Both the position numbers and the translations under genes were made by a program. From a virus (taxonomy: Duplodnaviria; Caudoviricetes), in the IMG/VR virus record IMGVR_UViG_2816332320_000003, positions 99,173-163,172 of that record: 64,000 bases of DNA. One strand, written 5' to 3'. This document shows, piece after piece, positions 37,101-46,966 of this stretch. The notes under the pieces are model-generated. The model was not told where the DNA came from, did not search any database, and saw only the letters and a program-made list of their open reading frames with translations. The first letter of the stretch is position 1. Each line of letters begins with the position of its first letter.

Positions 37101-39846
37101 CTATGGCATTTTAATCGAAGGTATAAACTCAGTTAAAGATGCAGAAGATGCAATTACGAAAATCGACAGCAGGATGATTGAGGCAAAGAGCATTGGCGAA
37201 GCGATTGCATTAGAAAAAGCTAAAAGAGAAACAAGTGAATTAAAAAGTGGTCTCGCTCAAATTGAGCAAATCAACAAATTAATATCGTTAGCCTCCTCCC
37301 CCACTTTTGGCACTAAAGAATCTAGTGGATCGTCCAATAAGTCGTTCTACTCTGCATTAACAGATGATGCTAAAAAGTTAATGGGCATAGAAGTTCAATT
37401 ACAAGAGGTACAATCCAAGCGCCCTTCTCTCCTACAGTCTTCTCAAGAGTACAGAAATAGTTTACAAAAAGAAGAAGATTTACTGCGTCAAAAGGTTGAT
37501 CTGTTAAAGAAAGAATATCAGCAAGTAACCAAAAATAGCTATATAAGTGGAAAAGTTCAGAGCAATAAATTCGCACAAAAATTGTCCGATGATGCGCTAA
37601 AAAAAGCAAATGAATTGACTCAGCAAATCATTCAATTAGAAAGTAAAATTGAGTCATTTTCTTTTGAGAAACTGTCCTCTTCTCTAAAGGAGTTTGCTGA
37701 TAACAACGAATACTTAGAGTCAAGGATTAAGATTATCCAAGAACGTATGAGTGCTTACTCTAAGACCTCTCAAGAGTATCGAGATGCGCTTGAAGAAGAA
37801 AATAATCATCTAAAGGTGAAACAAGACAATCTTCATGAAGAGGAAGAGCTAATTCGCAGCCAATTGGCTTATGGAAAACTGTCTATTGCTCAAAGAGATG
37901 AACTCAACGACAAACTTCTTGAGCTGCAATCAAGCTGGTTGAATCTACAGAACACTATTGATACAAAGAAACTTGAGCAGATAAATAGCTTGCTTGGTGA
38001 TCAGAAGAATAAGACAGACGATCTGTCCAAGTCACTTGAGTTATCTAAAGCTAAAATGGATGCAGTTGGAGATACGAGTTCAGAGCAATACCTCACAGAA
38101 TATGCAAACTATCTGCAACTGATGAATCTTAAGAAGCAAAGCCTCCAAGAAGAAATCAACCTTCGAGAAAAACTTATCCAGCAAAATCTTCATAATATTG
38201 ATCTTGTCAGGCAATACAAGAATGAGATTGTTGATCTTCAAATTGAACAAATCAGATTGCAAGAAGCTGTTAATCAAGCCACTGCCGATAAGATCATTGA
38301 TACATACAAACGAGTTTATGAAGAGCAGAAAAACGCTGCACTCAAAGCCCTTGAAAATGAAGAGAAAAAAGAAAATGAGCGCCACAAAAAGAAATTAGAG
38401 CGCATTGATGACGAAAGAAAGAAAAAAGAAAAGGCTATTCAAAAAGAAATTGAAGCCATTGATGATGCTAAAAAAGCAGAAGATGAACGTCACAAGGCAG
38501 CTATGGATGCTTTAGACGAAGAAATGGCTAAGTTCAACGAAGCCATTGATAAGCGTCTTCAGTTGATTGATAGACAATCCAGTGAGCGTGAATATGACAA
38601 TGAACTGGAAAAGCTTCAATCTGAGCGTCAAAAACTTCAAGAGCAAATCAACACCCTCTCTCTTGATGATAGTTATGAAGCAAAACTTCGTCTTAGTGAG
38701 TTGACCAAAGAGCTATCAGACAAAGATAAAGCTATCGAGGACTTGAACTATAAGCGCAGCACTGAACTTCGCAAGGATAACTTAGAAGATCAACGAGATG
38801 CTTATGAAAAAGATATCAACGCGAAGAAAAAGGCTGAACAAGCCAAGTATGACGAAGCAGTTAAAAAACTTGAATTTGAAAAGAGAAAACTTGATCAGCA
38901 ACTCGCCTACTACAAGGATTACTATGACAAGTTAATTCAAAAAGAAAATGAAAAGCACGATAACATACTAGCCAAACTTCAGAAAGAAAAAGAAGAAACA
39001 GAGCGCCATTTCAATGAGCTTATTGCTGATGAAAAACGCTACGCTGATATGAGAAAGGCTATTTTGGCTGGCAATCTATCAGCTATGCAGGGAGATCTGG
39101 CAAAGTTTGAGCAGTTTGTTAAAGACAATATGAGTGCAATTGGCAACAGCATTGCTCAAAACTTATTAGCTAAAATTGAGGAGTCTAAGAAGGCTCTTGA
39201 ATCACTTAACAACATAAACATTGGTGTTGGAGGTGGCGGGTCAGGTTCTTCAGGTGGTAGTGGTGGTAATTCTGGCGGTGGAAAAGGCAATGGCGTCAAT
39301 CCTGAATGGAAGAAATATAAATCACAGGTTAATGAAATAGTCTACAACAAAGGCTTATATACAGAAGCACAGAAGAAAAATGATCAAAAAGCAATGGATG
39401 AAGCTTCTCGAAAAGCCGAAAAATACTACTCTCAACTACCTTCTGATTTAGAATCCCTATTGCGAGGAATGGACTACAAGAAGGCTTTTAGCTGGTATAA
39501 GGGCAACTTTCATGTTGGCGGTATTGTGGATGGGAAAAGTGATCGCTTAACAGAAATCGTAAATAAGATGTTTAACCTGAAACCAGATGAAGGTATTGCC
39601 AAAGTTCTACAAGGTGAAATGTGGACAACGCCTAAGAATATTGCTCAAAATTTTGTTCCCAACCTTAAAAACTTGATGTCAAGTATTACTCCGGTGGTCA
39701 ATTTAAGTACAGCCACAGGTGGATCGGGTGACATCCCAATCAGTATTCATATTGAGCGATTCATGGGTACGGAAACAGACTTTAATAAGTTAAAAAACTT
39801 TGTCATGAACTCTGTAGTACAAGCAAATAAAAAGAAAGGACGGTAA
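34135..39846 (+). CDS. tape measure protein
   Basis: About 1900 aa, coiled coil with a TP901-type core (LNEVDNNFAV..G.VIGNALKTI) and FH.GG C-terminal motif. Confidence 0.92.
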   Translation: MVNDNRLSIVITGQLDLKNTEKHINQQLKNLKKENISLNVNFQTEKLNKFTTAVRKQVISYEQWWTNALFKEEKQREQILQTEHKIRRKIEQLQLEQQQREQKAAQDYSNWWTRALRERELKEANLNQRASSQQAKAAQDYSNWWARALREREIRENQSQQKLQSSLSLYQEKANFNASRLLQNNGKFVDQAMLRDWSNEVQRLTASTPRLQQEMARLSERFRQISASASDAKKSSMSLTDQLGHSFGKIAIWGGASTLFYGVISGLREMLQVIVQLDTQMTQLKRVMSEGTNFDAMFESSIQLANDLGQKITTINESMIEYARTGLDPALVEEYSKATVLAMNISELTAKEASDTIIAGMLIFKDEVKDSIDLVSRLNEVDNNFAVTTKDLSNALMKAASSGKTAGVSLNELLGHVTAIQEATREGGKVIGNALKTIYVNITSDRGAIDALNKIGITMKDANGDLKSASTLLEELAMKWSTLSEEEQRNTSLAIAKKYHINRLNALMMNFSQSLSASETALNSEGSAIRENAKYMESLQAKINKLSAAWEELSYVVGQSGLADVFSGALQLVTGIARATSFLVDTTKDWGSFLSTISGILGGPLISGLNAVASLSKLLGDSFTFSSTDTLIENARATILNADSLDSLIKKYKELSDPSKKSIGEQEELSKVLSKIQEIAPSLVTSVDEYGNALSINADHAEKYAAVLRTLSEEQLSLMEIKNQTDLQKVNEEIALKQKEVNALLKDLESSMKTVSEYEDKTKVSSIDAAIEKSKSQLEEIANKLAQASANGNQKLKQELQEEYQIIIDARNKYIEAKNYVISQDTKSIDELRELSQTKKGYEDLKDTIDQVRGTKKATADATNDLGIQFLNLNSEMDDTLVNFEELESQSKAVEDEFKEISDSLAEYNSILQDVSEGKSISAEKAAQLILKEKELTNAFTIENGMIKVNVEAIHDMRNKKLKAFADIETARNKDLADQKSKLVEKLKGYGILIEGINSVKDAEDAITKIDSRMIEAKSIGEAIALEKAKRETSELKSGLAQIEQINKLISLASSPTFGTKESSGSSNKSFYSALTDDAKKLMGIEVQLQEVQSKRPSLLQSSQEYRNSLQKEEDLLRQKVDLLKKEYQQVTKNSYISGKVQSNKFAQKLSDDALKKANELTQQIIQLESKIESFSFEKLSSSLKEFADNNEYLESRIKIIQERMSAYSKTSQEYRDALEEENNHLKVKQDNLHEEEELIRSQLAYGKLSIAQRDELNDKLLELQSSWLNLQNTIDTKKLEQINSLLGDQKNKTDDLSKSLELSKAKMDAVGDTSSEQYLTEYANYLQLMNLKKQSLQEEINLREKLIQQNLHNIDLVRQYKNEIVDLQIEQIRLQEAVNQATADKIIDTYKRVYEEQKNAALKALENEEKKENERHKKKLERIDDERKKKEKAIQKEIEAIDDAKKAEDERHKAAMDALDEEMAKFNEAIDKRLQLIDRQSSEREYDNELEKLQSERQKLQEQINTLSLDDSYEAKLRLSELTKELSDKDKAIEDLNYKRSTELRKDNLEDQRDAYEKDINAKKKAEQAKYDEAVKKLEFEKRKLDQQLAYYKDYYDKLIQKENEKHDNILAKLQKEKEETERHFNELIADEKRYADMRKAILAGNLSAMQGDLAKFEQFVKDNMSAIGNSIAQNLLAKIEESKKALESLNNINIGVGGGGSGSSGGSGGNSGGGKGNGVNPEWKKYKSQVNEIVYNKGLYTEAQKKNDQKAMDEASRKAEKYYSQLPSDLESLLRGMDYKKAFSWYKGNFHVGGIVDGKSDRLTEIVNKMFNLKPDEGIAKVLQGEMWTTPKNIAQNFVPNLKNLMSSITPVVNLSTATGGSGDIPISIHIERFMGTETDFNKLKNFVMNSVVQANKKKGR

Positions 39847-39850
39847 GCCT

Positions 39851-40465
39851 ATGAAAGAAGGCTTGGAATTTAGCTATGATGGCATCAAATCTTCCGACAT
39901 GGGCTTACTCAATGTTCAATTTAGTGGAGGTTTATTTGAGGAGCCATTCGTAGCAGATAAAGAAATTCACGAGATCAAAGTTAGAGGGAACGACAAGCCA
40001 TACTTTCAAGGTGTGGAACGTTCCCCTCTTGTTTTTTCACTACAATTTGCATTTGAAGATAAATATGATCACGAGAAAATAAGGCAGGTTGCAAGATGGC
40101 TAGATCAAGATTATTATAAGCCATTCTTTACTACAGACAACCCCGATAGGATTTTCTATTGCATTCTACACTCCTCTTCTTCTCTTATTCACAATGGAAC
40201 TAAAGAAGGCTATGTGGAAATTGAAATGCGCTGTGATTCACCTTACTCCTATTCTCCACAATATTTATCCGAATGGTTTGAGATTCGCAATACTCCTTTA
40301 ATCTTAACTGAATCGTCTCAAGTAGATTTTCAAAAAGGAGTTCTTCATAATATGATCGCTCTTCCAAGTGGGGATTTGCAATTAGGTACTAAAAAACCTA
40401 AATGGGGCGACATCAAAAGAAAAAAATGGGGTGATTTAAAGAATGCCGACTACATCGCTGATTAA
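39851..40465 (+). CDS. distal tail protein, N-terminal half (YomH-like)
   Basis: FSYDGIKSSDMG...RWLDQDYYKP...CDSPYSYS; immediately after the TMP. Confidence 0.8.
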   Translation: MKEGLEFSYDGIKSSDMGLLNVQFSGGLFEEPFVADKEIHEIKVRGNDKPYFQGVERSPLVFSLQFAFEDKYDHEKIRQVARWLDQDYYKPFFTTDNPDRIFYCILHSSSSLIHNGTKEGYVEIEMRCDSPYSYSPQYLSEWFEIRNTPLILTESSQVDFQKGVLHNMIALPSGDLQLGTKKPKWGDIKRKKWGDLKNADYIAD

Positions 40466-41765
40466 ACTTGCACAACCTTCATATGATGATGATGCTGATA
40501 TTGGTGTATTAAATAGCAACTTTCAAATGCTGGATGAATGGTTGCGATTTAACGTTATCCAGCGTCATGATGATATGTTCAATGACTTTGTGCTTAACGG
40601 ATTGCAGCCAGCAACAACTACAGGAACTATTATTCACGATTGTGATACACTGTGGGACGAAATTAGCCCATCAGCAGGAGTATCGATTGCTTTAGATACC
40701 TTTGATTTTAAAATGGGAACTGGATGTCTCAAGATCAACATGGACTCTGCTGCCGGAGTGGGGATATTGGCTTCCAAAGCAGTTTCCTCTCTTGATGTAC
40801 GCACTTGTTCATCCGTCCGTTTGTGGGTGAAATCTAATATTAATACAAATGCTGGCGATTATTCTTTGTTGCTAAGTAAGAATCCTATGTCTCAGACGCC
40901 AATCAAGGATCTTCCTTTCCCTGCACTTGTTGCGAATACTTGGACACTGGTAACTCTACCTTTAAATGATGTATCTTCGCTACAAGGTATCATATCTGTA
41001 GGCATTAAGATGAATGTAGATAAAGGGATTTGCTCGTTATGGGTTGATCATATCAATGGTGTAGATTTGGATACCACTATTTCTTCTGGCATTGGGTATA
41101 TTGGTGGTTATCGCATTGTAAAAAATGAGTCTACTCATACATTTGGAGACAATCAAGAGACTTTTGTTTATTTGGATAAAGACGGAACTTACATTTTTAA
41201 AGCAGTTGCTATTGGTGGCTCTGAGCCTGCTGCACCTAATCATGCAATTAAATTGGCAAGAGTGATTACAAGTTCATATAACGTCATAGAAGTTATTGAT
41301 ACGAGGAATATGAGTCCACTTGTTGTTAGTCCAACACTTTCAGATGAACAAGTTACAGAATCAAAATTAGCTACTGATGCAGTATCAACCAAGAAGCTAA
41401 AAAATAGTTCAGTGACAAGTGTTAAAATTGCAACTGATGCCATTCTTGAGCATCACATCAAAGAGCAGCAAGTCACCAATGAAAAAATCAAGAATGCAGA
41501 TATTGGACTTGGAAACGTTACAAATGCTACAAAAGCAGGAAAATTAGATGCAGAGTATCGGACTTTTACAGTGAGGGGTAATTATGATTCCTACAATCCT
41601 GAAGACGTAATTGCTCATGGTCTTAACCGTACTCCAAAGGGATTTCTTTTAGTCAATACAGATAAGCCAGTACAACTCTATACTGGGAACTCGCTATGGA
41701 CTAATACTCATATGTATCTTAAAGGAACAACCTCAAATGCCAAAGTTACAATCATGATTTTTTAG
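40443..41765 (+). CDS. baseplate/fibre protein with carbohydrate-binding-like domain
   Basis: LNSNFQ.LD N-terminus; jelly-roll-like ANTWTLVTLPL segment; VT..KLA repeats. Confidence 0.6.
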   Translation: MPTTSLIKLAQPSYDDDADIGVLNSNFQMLDEWLRFNVIQRHDDMFNDFVLNGLQPATTTGTIIHDCDTLWDEISPSAGVSIALDTFDFKMGTGCLKINMDSAAGVGILASKAVSSLDVRTCSSVRLWVKSNINTNAGDYSLLLSKNPMSQTPIKDLPFPALVANTWTLVTLPLNDVSSLQGIISVGIKMNVDKGICSLWVDHINGVDLDTTISSGIGYIGGYRIVKNESTHTFGDNQETFVYLDKDGTYIFKAVAIGGSEPAAPNHAIKLARVITSSYNVIEVIDTRNMSPLVVSPTLSDEQVTESKLATDAVSTKKLKNSSVTSVKIATDAILEHHIKEQQVTNEKIKNADIGLGNVTNATKAGKLDAEYRTFTVRGNYDSYNPEDVIAHGLNRTPKGFLLVNTDKPVQLYTGNSLWTNTHMYLKGTTSNAKVTIMIF

Positions 41766-41774
41766 GAGGTAATT

Positions 41775-42419
41775 ATGGCTAAATGGGATGATTTACGCAA
41801 GATACGAGGTGTTCGAACCTCTCCTTTTTATTATATTGCTACAGATACTGGTAGTGGGCACTCTGTTCTTACTTGGAACGAAACAATTCCGCAAGGTAGT
41901 GCTTATAAACTTGAAACGAATGTGTCATATGATGGTGGTTATAACTGGGAAGGTTGGAAAGCTGCAACAAAAGACTTTGGATTGCCAGATTTCTCACCTC
42001 TAACTAAATCAAAGGCGACAGTGTTTCAATATCGTTTTATAGGTGACTCCACTACTGTCACCTCTCTTCCACTTCTACATGATCTTTCATTAACTGTTAC
42101 TCCCACCTATTTATTTGTTAATAATGGGGATATGCCTTGTAAACCAGAAATTTGGATTGAGAAGATTGGGAATGGAGACTTCTCCATCATCAATCGGACG
42201 AACAATAATCAAGAGTTTAAGTTCGTAAACATCTTGGACAAAGAACTCTTATACATAGATTGTGAAAGAGAACATATCGAAACTGATATTAACATGAAGT
42301 ATCGCTATGATAATTTTAATAATCAATATCTTGAATTGGTAACTGGTAACAATGTATTAGAATTTAAAGGGAAATTCAAAGTAATGTTTCGATATCAGTT
42401 CAAGACTTTGCAAGGATAA
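41775..42419 (+). CDS. distal tail protein, C-terminal half
   Basis: NNGDMPCKPEIWIEKIGNGD...RYDNFNNQYLELVTGNNVL..KG; resembles the YomH C-terminus. Confidence 0.7.
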   Translation: MAKWDDLRKIRGVRTSPFYYIATDTGSGHSVLTWNETIPQGSAYKLETNVSYDGGYNWEGWKAATKDFGLPDFSPLTKSKATVFQYRFIGDSTTVTSLPLLHDLSLTVTPTYLFVNNGDMPCKPEIWIEKIGNGDFSIINRTNNNQEFKFVNILDKELLYIDCEREHIETDINMKYRYDNFNNQYLELVTGNNVLEFKGKFKVMFRYQFKTLQG

Positions 42420-42431
42420 GGAAGTGATTTT

Positions 42432-45400
42432 TTGCTTGGTGATATAGATCTAAAGAAGAAGCCTGTTAAACCCCAGATTTTCCTTGCTAAACCTAATAGG
42501 GCTATTATTGCAAAACTGAATGAAGCACACGACATTGTATTTAATAAAAGGCTCGGTTCATTAAATGAACTGAGTTTTTCTATTCCATATGAAATTGATG
42601 TAAATCATGAGTTCATCCGAAATGCACATGTAGATTTAGTAAGACATCGCTATTTGTTAAAACTTGTTCTTGGTAAATATGAGGAATGGTTTATCATCGA
42701 TTCACCAGAAGATTCGATGACGGAAGATGGAGATATTAAAAAGATTAATGCCTTCTCATTGGGCTTTGAATTGAATGACAAAATGGTACGGGCTTATAAA
42801 GAAGACTCTAAAAATGCTTCTCAGGCTCTGCTGGCTGCACTAAAGTATACTATTTGGAATATTGGATCAATCGACGCTCAATTTGATGTGAAATTCAGAT
42901 CCTTTGATGTCAGTTCAAAAACCGTTCTTGATTTTGTATATGAGATTGCTGAAACATTTAACGCTTTGATCCTTTGGGACACTCAGAACAGACGTATCCA
43001 CTTCTATAATCACGAGTTAGTCGGAAACAATCGTGGACTTAAGCTATCGTATGGGAAGTATCTTAAAAGCTTAAATCGAGAAATTCAACCCGACGAAATG
43101 ACTACAAGGTTGAAAGTCTACGGTAAAGACAACCTTTCTATTCAACGTGTAAATTCAACTGGAACTGACTACATCGAAAATTTTGGGTATTTCATGTACC
43201 CTTTTATGCGGGACAGTCAGAGAAATGTGCTATCGCATAGTGAATACATGAGCGATGAGCTGTGCCATGCAATTCTTGATTACACAAAATTGATCGAAGA
43301 TCATAAGACCACTTTTACTATCCACCTCAAAGAGCTTGAGGACATTCAAAAGGTATTAACCAAAGAACAACAAAAGCTGGTAACACTCCAAACAGAGCTA
43401 CAAAAGATTGAAGATAACATATTTGTAAGTGATAAGGCACTCCCCTATCCTACAGGTAGATATGAGTCACAAAAAATAGCCAAGGAACAAGAAATCGCTG
43501 CACAGAAAATTGTTATTAAAAATGTACAAGATCAAGTTAATCTTGCTTTGGCTAAGATTAACCAACTAAAAGTGAAACTCTCTGTGGAAGCCAATTTCTC
43601 GCCAGAGCTAATTAAAGAGAGAAACCAATTTATCATTGAAAAAGAATGGGTAAATGAACAAATTATTAGTGACAAAGACTTGCTGGATGCTGGCTTAAAG
43701 GTATTTGAGGAATTTTCGAAGCCAAAAACAGTTATTTCAATGGATATAGTTAATTTTTTAGAAGTTGTTGAGGAACAGCGCAACTGGGATAAATTGAATT
43801 TAGGCGATACCATTGTCATTGCCTATGACAAGCTAGGAATCAATGTCACTGCCAAAATCATTGAAATTGAGTATAGCTATAATGATTCCAGCATTCAATT
43901 GACCATTGCAAATGTTACAGACATTGAAAGCAATGAGGAGAAGTTTATCAAATCATTGTATCGAAACTCCTCCTCTACTAAGGTTGACATGTCTAAGTTT
44001 AAGTGGGACAAGTACGAAAATGACTTAGGAGATATCAGTAAAGTCCTCGAAGAGTTTTGGAATAAAGCCAAACAACAGATTGATATGGCTGTAAATGAAA
44101 CTGTCATTATTGATCGCACCGGAATAACAATTAAAGATGAGGCTGACCCTCTTCGATTTTTGAGGCTGACCCATGGGGCGATTGGACTTACTAAGAGCGG
44201 CGGTAACAGGTATGAGACAGCCCTTACTCCTGATGGGCTGATTGCTGAACGAGTCTTCGGGAGAATTATAACTGGCGAACGTGTTATTGTTGGAGATCCT
44301 GACGGCATCCTAGAGATTCGTGGTAACAAGATGGTCATCACTGATCGTAATGGACGCGAAGTAATGTGGATGGGATTGTTTGATAAAAACCCTGATCGTT
44401 TTGGTATAAAACTTGAAAATGACACAAACCAAGTTATTATGGATCGAGACGAAGGGTTTGTTATTACCCGTAAAAAGAATGGCTCATTGGATAAAATCAT
44501 TTGGCTAGATCTTCAAGGATACATCCATGCGAAGGGACTTAAATTACACGGTTCTAAAAGTGAAATCATCTTAGATGCAGAAGAAGGAATTATTGACCTA
44601 CGCCCTCTTGAGGGTTATTTAGGACAAGAAATTCGACTTAGTATTGAAGATGGCATTACTGTAACTAGAGCAAATAAGAATAAAATTTGGTTGAATGCAG
44701 ATAAAGGAATATCCATTGACCGATATGATGGTGGCTCATGGACTAGCGTTTTCTATGCCGATCTTGATGGGAACATCGTCTGTAACGACATTAAGGCGAA
44801 TAACATGTTTGCCAAGAACCTGACAATTGAAAATGATAACGGACTTATAACCCTCAAGCCAGATGAAGGCATTGTTATCCTTCGAAAAGATAACAAGGTG
44901 AAAATCGGACTTAATGCAGATGATGGCATTTACATTGATAATGATGGAGACCGTGTATTCAAGGTTGACCCGAATGGTGTGCTGTATGCAAAACACATGA
45001 AAACTCACTCGCTCTTGATCTACAGTGACGCTCATGACGATAAGATTCTTTTGGATGCCGACCAAAAGATTCTGTACCTCAAGAATTTTGATGTAATTGT
45101 GGGAAATCTAACAGCAGATAATATTACAACTGACAACATCTATGCTGATTTTGGACTCATTAACAATTTAGCTGTTAATAGATTGAAGACAGTAATGCCA
45201 AACCAAACAGGTATTGTAGACTTCATTGATATTGAGGGGAAGTCATTGAAATTCTCTACCGCAACAGCAGTAGATACTGGTGTTCAAGCAACAGACTATC
45301 AAGATCGTCCATTGTTCTATATTGATTCTACAAAAAAAGGTATTACGACTAGAGACACTGGCATTCCTGTGACGATTGTTGAGTATAAGGATAGATTAGA

Positions 45401-45767
45401 TAAACTGACTTTTGAATCATTTGGAGACGGTGCGAATTCATTCCCAATGATGGTTTGGGGAGCAGGGAGTGGAGCAACCGCAGATGCAGAAAAATTAAAG
45501 ATGTTTAAGCAAGGTCAAGAATTTATTTTTGAGTATAATGGTTCTGCCACGAAGGGCGGCAGAAAGAGAATTTTTAAATTATCTGATGAAAAAATTACGA
45601 TTACTTCTGAGACTCCACAAGGAACACAAGCATTTTTTCAGATTCTAGATGACGGTACAATGCGCCTACAAAGTGGGCAAGGGAGCTTTTTAGAAATTGG
45701 TCAGAATGTAACAATGCAAGCGGCTGGTGCTCTCAAATTGGCTGGACAAAGAATTGATATTAATTAA
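42432..45767 (+). CDS. tail-associated hub/spike protein (Tal, YomG-like) with beta-helical C-terminus
   Basis: Prophage tail endopeptidase-type N-terminus (TRLKVYGKD, L.LGD.I); repeated L.A..GI.I units; ends KLAGQRIDIN. Confidence 0.85.
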   Translation: MLGDIDLKKKPVKPQIFLAKPNRAIIAKLNEAHDIVFNKRLGSLNELSFSIPYEIDVNHEFIRNAHVDLVRHRYLLKLVLGKYEEWFIIDSPEDSMTEDGDIKKINAFSLGFELNDKMVRAYKEDSKNASQALLAALKYTIWNIGSIDAQFDVKFRSFDVSSKTVLDFVYEIAETFNALILWDTQNRRIHFYNHELVGNNRGLKLSYGKYLKSLNREIQPDEMTTRLKVYGKDNLSIQRVNSTGTDYIENFGYFMYPFMRDSQRNVLSHSEYMSDELCHAILDYTKLIEDHKTTFTIHLKELEDIQKVLTKEQQKLVTLQTELQKIEDNIFVSDKALPYPTGRYESQKIAKEQEIAAQKIVIKNVQDQVNLALAKINQLKVKLSVEANFSPELIKERNQFIIEKEWVNEQIISDKDLLDAGLKVFEEFSKPKTVISMDIVNFLEVVEEQRNWDKLNLGDTIVIAYDKLGINVTAKIIEIEYSYNDSSIQLTIANVTDIESNEEKFIKSLYRNSSSTKVDMSKFKWDKYENDLGDISKVLEEFWNKAKQQIDMAVNETVIIDRTGITIKDEADPLRFLRLTHGAIGLTKSGGNRYETALTPDGLIAERVFGRIITGERVIVGDPDGILEIRGNKMVITDRNGREVMWMGLFDKNPDRFGIKLENDTNQVIMDRDEGFVITRKKNGSLDKIIWLDLQGYIHAKGLKLHGSKSEIILDAEEGIIDLRPLEGYLGQEIRLSIEDGITVTRANKNKIWLNADKGISIDRYDGGSWTSVFYADLDGNIVCNDIKANNMFAKNLTIENDNGLITLKPDEGIVILRKDNKVKIGLNADDGIYIDNDGDRVFKVDPNGVLYAKHMKTHSLLIYSDAHDDKILLDADQKILYLKNFDVIVGNLTADNITTDNIYADFGLINNLAVNRLKTVMPNQTGIVDFIDIEGKSLKFSTATAVDTGVQATDYQDRPLFYIDSTKKGITTRDTGIPVTIVEYKDRLDKLTFESFGDGANSFPMMVWGAGSGATADAEKLKMFKQGQEFIFEYNGSATKGGRKRIFKLSDEKITITSETPQGTQAFFQILDDGTMRLQSGQGSFLEIGQNVTMQAAGALKLAGQRIDIN

Positions 45768-45829
45768 GATGTTTGAAAGCTTTAAAATTGTGGTATATTC
45801 TCCCTATAGAGACTAAAGGAGGAATACAG

Positions 45830-46555
45830 ATGAAAAAGTATCTAATTACCACGATTACAACCTTCATTTTGCTATTGTCTTCTCAATTGGGAAGTGTACA
45901 TGCAGCAGAAACCAAAGTTGTTAATTTTGGTGTGGAGACCACATATCCTAAGTATGGTCAAGAATCAGTTCCAGTGGACTCTCAAATTACATTGGATTTC
46001 ACAAGAGAGATTGAAGAGGGTAGCGGAGAAATCTATCTCTATGGTAAAGGTCAGACACTGCCCTTTACTAAAAGCATTAGTGGCGATATTCTGACTATTA
46101 CTCCAAGTCAACCACTGGACAAAGGCACTTCCTATCAAGTGGTTGTTATGAATGGTGCTGTAGTTAATGCAGAGAAAGATAACAGTCCTAATGGTATAGG
46201 TGAAAAATTTGTTCTGTCATTTAGCACACCTTACATCGACCTTTCTCAACAGCAAAAACCTGTGACCCAACAAGTTACACAACCTGTCACACTACCTGTC
46301 ACACTACAACTCGTACCAGAAACTGCATTACAACCAGCACAAACATACACAGTAAAGAAAGAAGCACCTGTTACGTACAAAATAAATGCTACTAATGGTA
46401 ACTACAAACTTTGGACAGCTAATCCTCAACTTGTTTCCCTGCAAGTACAAGGAGATAACCTCGTTATCAAAGGTCTGAGTGCTGGAACTACCCAAGTAGC
46501 TATCAAGAATTTGCTTAACAATACGAAAGTTGTTCTTAATGTTGTAGTCCAATAG
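45830..46555 (+). CDS. secreted Ig-like (Big_5/SbsA-type) protein
   Basis: Signal peptide ending VHA; VPVDSQITLDF..LTITPSQPL.KGTSY; PVT linker. Confidence 0.7.
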   Translation: MKKYLITTITTFILLLSSQLGSVHAAETKVVNFGVETTYPKYGQESVPVDSQITLDFTREIEEGSGEIYLYGKGQTLPFTKSISGDILTITPSQPLDKGTSYQVVVMNGAVVNAEKDNSPNGIGEKFVLSFSTPYIDLSQQQKPVTQQVTQPVTLPVTLQLVPETALQPAQTYTVKKEAPVTYKINATNGNYKLWTANPQLVSLQVQGDNLVIKGLSAGTTQVAIKNLLNNTKVVLNVVVQ

Positions 46556-46675
46556 TTTACCAGTGAGCGTTCCATTGTTGGAGCGCTCTTCTTATTAAAT
46601 AATAACCAAAAATACGTAATAATCAATTGACCATTATCATTTTTTTTGATATTCTATTAATAACAAACAAAGCCC

Positions 46676-46966
46676 TCACATATGTGAAGGCTCCAATAGT
46701 TGATACACTGCAATAATATCTTGGTCACCATATTCATTAGCAACTATTTTTGAAAACCATTTACACTCCCCTTCTTTAACTGATAAAATACCATTGAATG
46801 TTTCGCCAGTGGCTGCTACCCAATCATGCAAGTCCGCAATACTTGCCAATTGGATTTCGGAATTAAATGATTTTGCATAAGTCATGTCATCTGTTAATAG
46901 CCACTGGCACTCTTCTTTAGTGAAATCGTAACGACAAATGTATATTGAGTTATAAGTTGTATTCAT
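46676..46966 (-). CDS. hypothetical protein coupled to antirepressor
   Basis: Overlaps the antirepressor stop; AGGTG RBS. Confidence 0.55.
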   Translation of the reverse strand: MNTTYNSIYICRYDFTKEECQWLLTDDMTYAKSFNSEIQLASIADLHDWVAATGETFNGILSVKEGECKWFSKIVANEYGDQDIIAVYQLLEPSHM

